DNA of 62,358 nt from positions 1-62,358 of the forward strand of contig JASFEF010000003.1 in assembly GCA_050124975.1 (NCBI GenBank). Direction: 5' to 3'. The position numbers were made by a program, and so were the translations under genes. Positions 29,505-38,482 of this stretch are shown piece by piece (position 1 is the stretch's first letter; each line of letters opens with the position of its first letter). The notes beneath the pieces are model-generated. The model had not been told where the DNA came from, did not search any database, and was given only the letters and a program-made list of their open reading frames with translations. This stretch comes from Candidatus Thorarchaeota archaeon. GTDB lineage: Archaea; Asgardarchaeota; Thorarchaeia; Thorarchaeales; Thorarchaeaceae.

Positions 29505-29804
29505 CTACTGAGTGTTCTTAAGGACTACTAGGATGAGTCCTTCTTTCACTTCCGGTGCGATGTTAATCTGACCTTTGGTTGTATCCAAGGTCAGGAACGA
29601 CAGCGACCCCTCTTGAAGTTCTCGCACTGCGTCTAGTGCTTTTCCCACAAGGGAGGTGATTATCGCAGCGACGTTCTCTGTAGTTTCGGGGTCTAGATCA
29701 CTACTGAGTGGTAGACCATCCATGTTGGTCACAACAATTCCTCGTACTCCTTCCTGTTCTTTTATTTTGGAAAGAATCCCTTGAAGTTTTTCTTGACTAA
29801 TCAA
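29505..29804 (-). CDS. Roadblock/LC7 domain protein
   Basis: LQGILSKIKEQEGVRGIVVTNMDGLPLSS...VAAIITSLVGKALDAVRELQEGSLSFLTLDTTKGQINIAP...LILVVL. A TTG at 29804 with GAGGAC 8 nt upstream is preferred over the Cys-rich extension to 30020. Confidence 0.75.
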   Translation of the reverse strand: MISQEKLQGILSKIKEQEGVRGIVVTNMDGLPLSSDLDPETTENVAAIITSLVGKALDAVRELQEGSLSFLTLDTTKGQINIAPEVKEGLILVVLKNTQ

Positions 29805-29929
29805 CGTACAGAGTCCTCGCTGATTCAACTGTGTCGTATCATCTACGCCGCAGTTGACTATTTTAGACTTGTGGAGATATGTTACCAGTCCACAGGCATC
29901 ATTTGCGCATTTGGAGAATATTTGGGGTT

Positions 29930-29978
29930 GTGTTACATAGAAAAAGAGGTTGGTCGTGCTCGAAAAACACGCACGACC
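29930..29978 (-). terminator. Hairpin plus T-tract downstream of the vWA gene
   Basis: A perfect 8-bp stem (29952-29959 with 29971-29978) and an 11-nt loop lie 25 nt after the stop at 30004. On the minus strand this is followed by AACCTCTTTTTCT. Confidence 0.45.
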
Positions 29979-30003
29979 GTTGAACGTAATATCAGAGCTA
30001 TAC

Positions 30004-31620
30004 TCATTCTTTGTCTTCAAAGAGCTTCTTAGAACTTCGTTTGCTCTGAGCGAGGCTTCCAGTGAAGGCTTCGTCTGCAGCTCCCGAGGGTGCTGATGCA
30101 GGAGCGGCTTCTAGCATCTCCTCTTGACGAGCAATCTCCTCTTCTTCATCGTTCAGAACATTGTCAGTCTTGTCTAACATTGCTTGAACGGCTTTGGGAG
30201 CTCCTTTCGCCTTGGTCTTCAGAGCCTTTCTGAATTTAGCTATTCGCTTTCGACCGCCCGCTCTGTCACCACGGAATGACTCTTCACCAGCCTTTTGTGT
30301 CACGAATGTGGCACCGACAGTAGGATCAAGGGTTTCCATGATCTCATCCTCCTTCTTGGAAACCTTGAGCTTGGTGGTTACAGCACGGACCCTTCGGGCA
30401 CCTTCCTCATCAGTGTAGGTCACTTGGACCTGTATGGGAACCTCAGGCTCTTTGATTTCCTTTTCAGGTTCGACCTCAAAGTAGAGCTCGTGGTCTTCGC
30501 CAACAACTCCAATCTTGCTCTCGCTAGACTTCTTCAATTGGTCCACAACAGCTCTTGAAACTCCAGATGCATCTTTGACCTTCACACCAGGTGGGGTGAT
30601 TAGACGAACCTCCACATCCCTACCAAGGAGCGATGCTCCGGCAAGTTCTGAGAGGCTTCTGTCAAGCTCGTTGGGCGTGACGTAATACATCTGACCGCCC
30701 GTGGCTTCTGGTAAGAGTCCCAAGGTCTGAAGCTCCATGCCTGCTCTGGACGCAATACCAACGACATCAACTGCTGTACCTAGTTCCATGAACATCTTTC
30801 CAAGGTCTTCATAGTACTTGCTCGCGGGAGTGACTTGGTATCCCTCAAGAGCGCCAATTCCCTCATTGGCAAGTCCGTCTGTAAGAAGAACCACTCTTCC
30901 GACATTTCGATGCTTGGCAATGACAAAGGCCATCCCTACAGCAGGTCCTAGAGCCGTGCCGCCTTGATCACGGAGTGCCTGAACATGCTTCTTCAGCCTG
31001 TCCTTGTTCTTGCCCACGCCTATCAACTTGATATTGTCAAGGAGCTTCTTCGTGGAGTTCATGATATCCTTCAAGCTTGCAAAGGATTCTCTAGGAAGCT
31101 CAACGGGATTTCCATTCTCAAGATTTCTAGCCACAACAGAACTCTCAAACTCTATCAAACCGAACATTGTGTCAGGTGCATTTGCAGCAAGACTGTCAAT
31201 AGATGTGTTTAGACTGCGTTTTACAGCAGCTAAGTTTGCTCCGGCCATTGATCCCGAAACATCAATGAGTCCTAGGAAGGACATACCGCCAACAGCAATC
31301 GCCTCTGTAGCGGTTTCTGGATCTGGGGGTGCTTCGATAACGAAATCCGTGTCGTCACCTGCTACCACAATCTCCCCCTCAATTACATTCAGAGTTCCGC
31401 AGAACGGGCATACAAAGTGCTTGCCCACCTTTGGGTCCTCTTCGATTTGGTCCACACTAAGGAGAAAGCCATTGCACTTGTGGCAGGCGATTGGCTTTCC
31501 TACAATCTTTGTTGTTTCATGCGCAAGATGACCAAATTCTACACGCAAGACATATGGAATGTCGCTCAGGACCTTCTTCGAAGCCGGAAAAGCTTCTGAG
31601 CTAGTTCTCAACATAGGCAT
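30004..31620 (-). CDS. Zinc-ribbon + von Willebrand A (MIDAS) + beta-rich domain protein with a charged disordered tail. Sec23/24-like domain order.
   Basis: Zinc ribbon CHKCN-x22-CPFCG. vWA with complete MIDAS (DVSGSM, GGTALG, LLTDGLAN). Then VDVVGIAS...LQTLGLLPEATGGQMYYV and a beta-rich segment (RDVEVRLITPPGVKVKDASG...IQVQVTYTDEEG). The last ~100 aa are K/E/A-rich. Confidence 0.85.
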   Translation of the reverse strand: MPMLRTSSEAFPASKKVLSDIPYVLRVEFGHLAHETTKIVGKPIACHKCNGFLLSVDQIEEDPKVGKHFVCPFCGTLNVIEGEIVVAGDDTDFVIEAPPDPETATEAIAVGGMSFLGLIDVSGSMAGANLAAVKRSLNTSIDSLAANAPDTMFGLIEFESSVVARNLENGNPVELPRESFASLKDIMNSTKKLLDNIKLIGVGKNKDRLKKHVQALRDQGGTALGPAVGMAFVIAKHRNVGRVVLLTDGLANEGIGALEGYQVTPASKYYEDLGKMFMELGTAVDVVGIASRAGMELQTLGLLPEATGGQMYYVTPNELDRSLSELAGASLLGRDVEVRLITPPGVKVKDASGVSRAVVDQLKKSSESKIGVVGEDHELYFEVEPEKEIKEPEVPIQVQVTYTDEEGARRVRAVTTKLKVSKKEDEIMETLDPTVGATFVTQKAGEESFRGDRAGGRKRIAKFRKALKTKAKGAPKAVQAMLDKTDNVLNDEEEEIARQEEMLEAAPASAPSGAADEAFTGSLAQSKRSSKKLFEDKE

Positions 31621-31813
31621 CTAATACTAGTCTCCAAAATTTATTGGCTGACCTTTACGTGAGCGGTTTTAAGTGAATCGACGAAGAATTGCATTCACAA
31701 AGCACAATCTTACTCCGAAAAAGAGAATAACAGACCGACGCGTAAGATATTTACACACCTATTGTCAGAACTGCGGGTAGACAATTCAGACCACAAGGGA
31801 GGAAAACTCACAG

Positions 31814-32176
31814 ATGGCTGATCAAGCAAAGATTGAACAAGTTGTACAGGAAACGATGGCTGCGAACGCAGATCTCGAAGGCATTGTCATATGTGATGCC
31901 AAAGGAAATGTAGTATTTGGGCATACTATAAGCGGGGGAACAAAGCATGCAGATGTGTCGAATCTTGCTGTGAAGATAGCAGCTAATTCTTCTCAGCTTT
32001 CGGCTGGTCTGGATAAGGGAGGTCTGAAGGAAGTCAGTATTGCATCAGACAACGGTTTCATTATAATCCTCGGCGACGTAAAACTTGTACTGGCAGGAAT
32101 CGCAGGCGAAGGCGCAAGAGAGTCATTAGGGCTTCTTAGGATGGCTCTGAGAAGAGCACTCTTGCAGATTGTTTGA
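31814..32176 (+). CDS. Roadblock/LC7 domain protein
   Basis: LEGIVICDAKGNVVFGHT...SNLAVKIAANSSQLSAGLDKGGLKEVSIASDNGFIIILGDVKLVLAGIAG...LGLLRMALRRA. Strong SD AAGGGAGGAAAA. Confidence 0.85.
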   Translation: MADQAKIEQVVQETMAANADLEGIVICDAKGNVVFGHTISGGTKHADVSNLAVKIAANSSQLSAGLDKGGLKEVSIASDNGFIIILGDVKLVLAGIAGEGARESLGLLRMALRRALLQIV

Positions 32177-32377
32177 TAGAAAGCGACCGAAAAAGTCAAC
32201 AGAGTTACACTTTTCAGCAGTTTAGAGGATGCCCTCTAAGCCTGAATACATAATCCAGATGTAGCTGGAGTAATACTAGGGTCATACCAACCGTATTTAG
32301 GACTGTGTAAAATCGGAATAACACACTTGGTCACGCCAGGGTTGTTCTGACTGTAACTTGCCGGAAGGGAACGGGAC

Positions 32378-35300
32378 TTGGTTCACATTGAGAAGCTTGT
32401 ATGCAAAGGCTTCAAATCATTCGGACGAGATTCAGTCAGTATCAAGCTCAACCAAGGATTCACCTGCATTGTTGGACCAAATGGATCCGGTAAATCCAAT
32501 GTTGTTGATGCTATTCTTTTTGTACTTGGGCAACTGAGTGCAAAAACTCTACGTGCCAATGTGTTCTCAGATTTACTTTATTCTCCACCAAAGCCCAATA
32601 TGCCTCCAAAGGCCAAGTCTGCTCATGTAGAACTCCATTTCAACAACAAAGACAGGAAGCTGCAGATTGATGCAGACAGGGTGGTGATTGAGAGGCAGTT
32701 AGATGATTCAGGAAAGTCTGTGTGTCGAATCAATGGGAAAGTTGTGACCCGTGCTGCAGTGTTGGATGTATTAGGCGCCATTGGGGTCGACCCTAATGGA
32801 TACAACCTTGTTCTTCAGGGCGAGATTGCTCAGATGGTCAAGGTTAGCCCAAGTGAGCGAAGAAAACTGATTGAGGAGATTGCAGGAATATCGGCATATG
32901 ATGAGCAGAAAGATCGTGCTCTGAAGAAACTAGCTGAGAGTGAAACTAACCTAGGAAAGGTCGACATGCAACTCCAGGAACGGCGTCGTCATCTTGAGAA
33001 ACTGGAAGAGGACATGTCGGATGCCCGTAGATATCAGAATCTCCACGAACAGATACGAAAACACAGGGTCGACATTCTCGCATGGAGTACCATCAAGGGA
33101 AGATCACGGATAGAAACGATTAACGAAACTTTGGCACAGCGCGCTGAAGAGGCAGAGAGTCTTGTCAAGGAGTTAGTAGAAGTAGAAACTGGTGTTGAAG
33201 GAACGGACACAGAGATTGAGAAGATAGACCATGATATCGATCAGATCACTGGCGGAGACTCAACCAGGGTATCAGAGCAGTATGGTATAGTATCTGCGGC
33301 TGTGACTCATGTTAAGGGAGACTTGGACAGAGCTCAGGCAGAGTTTGACAGGGCAAATGGTGAAAAAACAGCCCTAAAAGAAGAACTCGAAACTGTTCAG
33401 GATGAAATCAGTCACAATGAACAAATCTTGACTGACAAAACAAATGAACTCACTTCTCTAGAAAAGGAGATGGCGGCTACAACTGCAGAGATTATTCGAT
33501 TAGAGGAGATGTCAGAGAAAGCACAAACGGCATACTATGAAACGACACTACGCCTACAGGATTTGAACAACCAGATGAGGCACTTGGATGAGGGTGTTTC
33601 TGAAATTCGATCAACGATTAAATCTGACAACAGAGAGCTTGGACTAGCTTATGAGGAACTCAGAGATGCAACTGAGAGTCTTGAGAAGGCTGAAGCGGAG
33701 ATTTCACAGTTAAAGGAAACAATTCCTGAAAAGAAAACCGAGTTTGGAAGATCTGAAGAACTTGAAAAGACCAAGCAGGCTGAAATCGACAGTCTGACAA
33801 AACAACTCTCGACTGTGGATGCGGAAGTTGTAGAGAGTGCGAAAATAGTATCCCAGACCAGAGAAGAGCTGATTAAGGTACAAGCTCGTCAAGAAGCCTT
33901 GAAAGAAGCAGAGGATGCTTTTCTAAAACGCCGCCGTGCGATTGCCACAGTCTTAGAGCTGAGAGATGCTGGTGCTATAAGTGGAATCCACGGGACTGTA
34001 GCAGAACTGGGAACAATTGACCCAGATTATGCAGTAGCGTTAGAGATCGCTGGGGGAAATAGGCTCTCCCATATTGTAGTTGAGAATGAGCAGGTTGCGA
34101 CAGAATGTGTCAATGTCTTGAAGAGTGAGAAAGTTGGTAGGGCGTCCTTTATTCCGCTTGACAAAATCAAGACAAGTGCTCCAGGAAAACTACCCAAAGA
34201 TGATGGTGTTGTTGACTTTGCACTTAACCTTGTCAAGTTTGATCCAAAAATGCGACCAGCTTTCGAGTTTGTATTCTCAGATACAATTGTGACTGAAGAT
34301 TTCGATACTGCAAAGCGACAAGGATTCCGGGGCCAGAGAGCTGTTTCTCTTGACGGAGACCTCATAGAACGCTCCGGTCTAATGACTGGGGGTTATTTCC
34401 AGAAGACCACGGCTGGTCTATCATTGCAGGTGGAAGACACCAGTCCTGAAATTGCAGAGCGTCTTCAAGGCTTAGAACAGATACTGACCGACCTTCGCAG
34501 CAAACAAGACTCTCTTAGAAAAGAGCGGTCAGACCATGAAAAAGAGGTGCAAGGTCTCTCAAAGACAAACTATAGGCTCCGTATGGAGCTAGAGAGAATC
34601 GAAGAGCGATTCGAGGATCAAAAAACTAGGGCGGAGATTCTGCAAGAGAGAATAGACAAGGCCAATCTCACCATAAGCGAGCTCGAAACTCAGGTAAAGG
34701 AACTTCAAGAGCGGGATGAAGAGCTCACTGTTCAGCGTGAGCGGGTAAGAGCTCAACGTGATGAGGCTAACGAAATCTTGGCTACATCTGATGCAAACAA
34801 GCTCAATCAGGAAATCAAGGACCTGAAGGAAGTACAGGAACAATACAACAGACAGAGGGAAAAACTGCAGGCTGAGATAACCTCAGTGAGAGTCGCGCTT
34901 GATGAGCGACTCGGACCCAAGGCGATTGACATAGAATCCAAGATCCAGTCTCAAGATGCCATAATTCCAGGTCTTGAGGAGGAAGTGAAACGACTACAGA
35001 TGGGACTCTCAGAGAGAGAGAGCGAGTTCGACAAGCTCAAGGAAGAGAGAGAGAAAATCGATGAAGCTGTCAAGGATAAACGGGTTCGTCAACTTGAGCT
35101 GAAGGAGGATCTTCGAAACCTGAGGCTGAAACACGAGGAAATACGTGAGGCACAGACATCGAATGAAAAGGCAGTTTACCGACTCCAGACTGAACAGAAC
35201 AGACTCGAAACTGATATCGTTGCCTATGTAGCTGAACTGAACACGGTGGCAGAGGCTCAAGTGGCTCTTGAAGAGAGAGAAGAAGAACGAGAACTTACCT

Positions 35301-35968
35301 ACAAGGAACTTGAAGAACTTGAAGATAAGATCAAAGAGATTGAGAGAGAACTCGAAGCTATGGGACCTGTCAATCTGAAATCACTCACGGACTATGACAT
35401 GGAAAAAGACCGGTATGAGGAGATTGTTGACAAGAAGACTCGCCTTGAAGATGAACGGAGAGAGATTCTGGTCTTCATGGAAGAGCTTGAGGCGGAAAAG
35501 ACACAGAAGTTCCTCACGGTCTACAACGAGATTGCTGACAACTTTGCTACAGTATTTGCACAGCTATCACCAGAGGGTGAAGCTAACCTTATGCTTGAGA
35601 ACCCCGAACATCCTCTAATGGGAGGAATCACCGTCAGATCAAAACCTCGAGGAAAAGAACTCGTTACTCTTGATGCCATGAGCGGTGGAGAGAAAACCCT
35701 TACAGGGCTTGCGCTCATCTTTGCAATTCAAATGTATAGTCCTGCTAGCTTTTACATTTTTGATGAAATAGATGCAGCTCTTGACAATGTCAACGCCCAT
35801 AATGTAGCACTCCTCATTTCGGAGATGTCAAAGAATTCACAGTTTGTAGTTGTATCACTCAGGGACACCACAGTTCGAAAGGCTGATTTGCTGGTGGGAA
35901 TATCAAACCAGGATGGAATCTCTAGAATTGTTTCAGTTGATTTGGAGGAGGTTGGTGCATCAGCATGA
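32378..35968 (+). CDS. smc: Chromosome segregation protein SMC
   Basis: 1196 aa. N-terminal Walker A GPNGSGKSN, long coiled coils, a hinge (GIHGTVAELG...), and C-terminal signature LSGGEKTL with Walker B FYIFDEIDAALD. Confidence 0.95.
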   Translation: MVHIEKLVCKGFKSFGRDSVSIKLNQGFTCIVGPNGSGKSNVVDAILFVLGQLSAKTLRANVFSDLLYSPPKPNMPPKAKSAHVELHFNNKDRKLQIDADRVVIERQLDDSGKSVCRINGKVVTRAAVLDVLGAIGVDPNGYNLVLQGEIAQMVKVSPSERRKLIEEIAGISAYDEQKDRALKKLAESETNLGKVDMQLQERRRHLEKLEEDMSDARRYQNLHEQIRKHRVDILAWSTIKGRSRIETINETLAQRAEEAESLVKELVEVETGVEGTDTEIEKIDHDIDQITGGDSTRVSEQYGIVSAAVTHVKGDLDRAQAEFDRANGEKTALKEELETVQDEISHNEQILTDKTNELTSLEKEMAATTAEIIRLEEMSEKAQTAYYETTLRLQDLNNQMRHLDEGVSEIRSTIKSDNRELGLAYEELRDATESLEKAEAEISQLKETIPEKKTEFGRSEELEKTKQAEIDSLTKQLSTVDAEVVESAKIVSQTREELIKVQARQEALKEAEDAFLKRRRAIATVLELRDAGAISGIHGTVAELGTIDPDYAVALEIAGGNRLSHIVVENEQVATECVNVLKSEKVGRASFIPLDKIKTSAPGKLPKDDGVVDFALNLVKFDPKMRPAFEFVFSDTIVTEDFDTAKRQGFRGQRAVSLDGDLIERSGLMTGGYFQKTTAGLSLQVEDTSPEIAERLQGLEQILTDLRSKQDSLRKERSDHEKEVQGLSKTNYRLRMELERIEERFEDQKTRAEILQERIDKANLTISELETQVKELQERDEELTVQRERVRAQRDEANEILATSDANKLNQEIKDLKEVQEQYNRQREKLQAEITSVRVALDERLGPKAIDIESKIQSQDAIIPGLEEEVKRLQMGLSERESEFDKLKEEREKIDEAVKDKRVRQLELKEDLRNLRLKHEEIREAQTSNEKAVYRLQTEQNRLETDIVAYVAELNTVAEAQVALEEREEERELTYKELEELEDKIKEIERELEAMGPVNLKSLTDYDMEKDRYEEIVDKKTRLEDERREILVFMEELEAEKTQKFLTVYNEIADNFATVFAQLSPEGEANLMLENPEHPLMGGITVRSKPRGKELVTLDAMSGGEKTLTGLALIFAIQMYSPASFYIFDEIDAALDNVNAHNVALLISEMSKNSQFVVVSLRDTTVRKADLLVGISNQDGISRIVSVDLEEVGASA

Positions 35969-36687
35969 TGGATGACGATTCTCCTTTCTGGGCGACGCCA
36001 CCCTACATACTTCTCACTGATGTCCTTCAGCTAGATAAAGTTGAACCTTGGAATGTTGATGTGGGAAAACTTGTCGTAGGCTTCCTTGATGAGATGAAAA
36101 GACTTGGTGACATCGACTTTCGCATATCAGGCAATGCATTGTATTCGGCATCAGTGATTTTCATGAGAAAGACCAGAGAACTAGTTGAACTCGGTCTCTT
36201 GCCACCAGACGAGGAGGAAGAGGACGGGGATTTGGTCATTCCACTAATTCGTCCTCCATTCAGACTAACAAATCGACGTGTGACTCTTGAAGAGTTACTC
36301 GTAGCCATGGATCATGTCCTCAGTAAGGGTGTTAGACAACGTTCTACACCTACAAAACGGAAATACAGCGTTAAAGCAGACCCTTTGACATTCCAGATGA
36401 ACATTGGCCGAGCCAACATTGAGGAAACAATTGCTGAGGTCTATGGGGACCTCTGTAGAATCATGAAGATCGGTGATGTTTCGAAGTTCATTGATGTGCT
36501 CATGAACAATACTAGACGAGAGATTGTACGTGTATTCTTCTCACTGTTGTTCCTTTTTGGAAGAGCATTCATTGACCTTTGGATGGATGATGAGGGGGTC
36601 ATCTGGATCAAACTTCTGGAACCACCTGAGGTTACTGATGAGGAGGAGACTCCTGAGGAGGAGATTCAACCAGAGATTGAAGCCTAG
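35965..36687 (+). CDS. scpA: Segregation and condensation protein A (kleisin)
   Basis: ATGA overlap with the smc stop. Size and position match scpA in archaeal smc-scpA-scpB operons. It has an acidic C-terminus and a winged-helix-like C-terminal segment. Confidence 0.8.
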   Translation: MMDDDSPFWATPPYILLTDVLQLDKVEPWNVDVGKLVVGFLDEMKRLGDIDFRISGNALYSASVIFMRKTRELVELGLLPPDEEEEDGDLVIPLIRPPFRLTNRRVTLEELLVAMDHVLSKGVRQRSTPTKRKYSVKADPLTFQMNIGRANIEETIAEVYGDLCRIMKIGDVSKFIDVLMNNTRREIVRVFFSLLFLFGRAFIDLWMDDEGVIWIKLLEPPEVTDEEETPEEEIQPEIEA

Positions 36688-36697
36688 GGTGATAGTA

Positions 36698-37252
36698 TTG
36701 AATGAGGATATGATTACGCTAGAAGCAGCCCTCTACGTTTCAGGTAGAGCGCTGACTCTGGAGGAGCTAGCAGACATCATTGGAAAATCTCAATCAACTG
36801 CTCAGAAGATACTTGACGAGTTAAGCTTCGAGTACAACAAACGAGAAGGGGCTTTAGAAGTAGTGGCTCTACCAAAGGACCGGTATGTAATGCAGCTCAA
36901 ACCAGAACTCACACCCAGGGTTGGAAAACTGATACCTGGAGGCCTCCTGTCCTTCGCGACTCTTCAAACATTGGTCTTTATTGCCCTCAAACAACCAATC
37001 ATGCAGTCAGATCTTGTTGCCCAACGGGGCACTCATTCTTACGATCACATTAGAGATTTGGTTGACAAGAAGTTCGTTGATGCTGTTCCTGAAGGTCGTT
37101 CCAAGCTTTTGACAACAACTCAGCTGTTTGCAGATTACTTCGGTCTTGATAATGACCGTGTCAAACTCAAAGCCCAACTCAAGTTCAAAATGAAGAAGAT
37201 TCTTGAAGACCAGCGCGAGGTGGAAGAGGCTGCTGGACTGGCTCCAAGCTAG
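36698..37252 (+). CDS. scpB: Segregation and condensation protein B
   Basis: LEAALYVSGRALTLEELADIIG... and a second winged helix (LQTLVFIALKQPIMQSDL) are typical of ScpB. TTG at 36698 is preceded by GGTGAT at 4-nt spacing. ATG at 36710 is an alternative start. Confidence 0.85.
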   Translation: MNEDMITLEAALYVSGRALTLEELADIIGKSQSTAQKILDELSFEYNKREGALEVVALPKDRYVMQLKPELTPRVGKLIPGGLLSFATLQTLVFIALKQPIMQSDLVAQRGTHSYDHIRDLVDKKFVDAVPEGRSKLLTTTQLFADYFGLDNDRVKLKAQLKFKMKKILEDQREVEEAAGLAPS

Positions 37253-37319
37253 ATTCCGAGCGGAATGAATATCGACAACCACAGTAGGATTCCTAAGACC
37301 AACAAGAACCTTCGAAACA

Positions 37320-38339
37320 CTAGCATACCCGTGGAATAGGTTCGCCATAGGGCACTTGGATTATCTTACGACCACCAATTGTTGTTCTCATGACAACTCT
37401 TGCCTTGCCATCGAGGACCGTACCAACGGCTTGGGCATCGGTTGTAGTCTTATGTTTAGATAGCGCAGCAAGAATGTCGTCTGTTTTGTTAGAATCTACA
37501 CTCATCACTACTGTTCCCTCACAGCTCATGTGTAGTGGATCTAGTCCCAGAACGTTACACAGAGACCGAACTGCTGGACGAATTGGGATTTGGTCTTCCT
37601 GAAGTTCAAACTCAACTTTAGATTTTGATGCAATTTCATTCAGAGCAACCGCTGTGCCACCTCTAGTGGGGTCTTTCATGGCATGCACCCCGCCTACATC
37701 AAGACAGGAGCGTATGGGTTCCCAGAGAGGTGCGACGTCACTAGTCAAATCGGTCTCGAACTTCAGACCTTCTCGATGTGCAAGTAAGGATGTGCCATGA
37801 TCACCAATTGGTCCAGTTACAATTATGTCATCACCCACCCTTGCACCACTGTCAGAAACAGGACGTTCAAGATATGGAATTCCAATACCTGTTGTTGACA
37901 TTACAATTCCATCAAGGGTTCCTGGAGGCATGACCTTAGTGTCACCAGCTATCATTGCAATATCGAGGGGTTCAATGACGCTATTGAGAGACCTTAGCAT
38001 GGTTTCTAGTACTGAAATCTCAACTCCTTCTTCTACAATCACTGTGTTTGTCATTGCAATAGGTTGAGCGCCCATAACAGCTAAATCGTTGATTGTTCCA
38101 CAGGCAGTCAGTATACCTAGATTGCCACCTGGAAATACAATAGGATGTATTGTATGAGCATCGGTACACACAATCAGATTAGCACCTGCCACTTGAAGAG
38201 TGGCGCCATCGTCCATCTCGTCTAGACCAATTTCCCCAATCTTTCTTCGACCAAAAGCAGGGATTATGACGTCCTCAAGTAGACGCTGCATTATCTTGCC
38301 ACCGGCTCCATGTGCAGTTTCAATCTTTGGCATATTCAT
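37320..38339 (-). CDS. hypE: [NiFe]-hydrogenase maturation protein HypE
   Basis: AIR-synthase-like fold with the HGAGG N-terminal motif and the diagnostic C-terminal PRVC. Confidence 0.92.
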   Translation of the reverse strand: MNMPKIETAHGAGGKIMQRLLEDVIIPAFGRRKIGEIGLDEMDDGATLQVAGANLIVCTDAHTIHPIVFPGGNLGILTACGTINDLAVMGAQPIAMTNTVIVEEGVEISVLETMLRSLNSVIEPLDIAMIAGDTKVMPPGTLDGIVMSTTGIGIPYLERPVSDSGARVGDDIIVTGPIGDHGTSLLAHREGLKFETDLTSDVAPLWEPIRSCLDVGGVHAMKDPTRGGTAVALNEIASKSKVEFELQEDQIPIRPAVRSLCNVLGLDPLHMSCEGTVVMSVDSNKTDDILAALSKHKTTTDAQAVGTVLDGKARVVMRTTIGGRKIIQVPYGEPIPRVC

Positions 38340-38482
38340 CCTCCGACTATGTAGTACTCTGAGTCAGACCTCGGAAGTATTTGAAGAGGTCGCTCTAGAC
38401 ATGAAAGAGAAGTTGGCCACTAAGCAACATTTAAAACGAATCTACAAGGAGCCTCATTGACCCAACCATGGGGTAATCAGAT

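Noticed and set aside
29805-30020. 72-aa N-terminal extension of the Roadblock ORF 29505-30020
   Set aside because: The extension is Cys-rich with non-protein-like composition. It overlaps the vWA stop and contains a perfect hairpin plus T-tract. A TTG with an SD at 29804 gives a normal-length Roadblock protein.
31004-31531. 175-aa ORF on the plus strand
   Set aside because: It is antisense to the vWA gene, whose MIDAS and zinc-ribbon motifs establish the minus-strand frame.
36524-36697. N-terminal extension of scpB overlapping scpA by 164 nt
   Set aside because: The extension is Arg/Leu-rich out-of-frame read-through of scpA. A GGTGAT SD and a TTG/ATG start lie just after the scpA stop.
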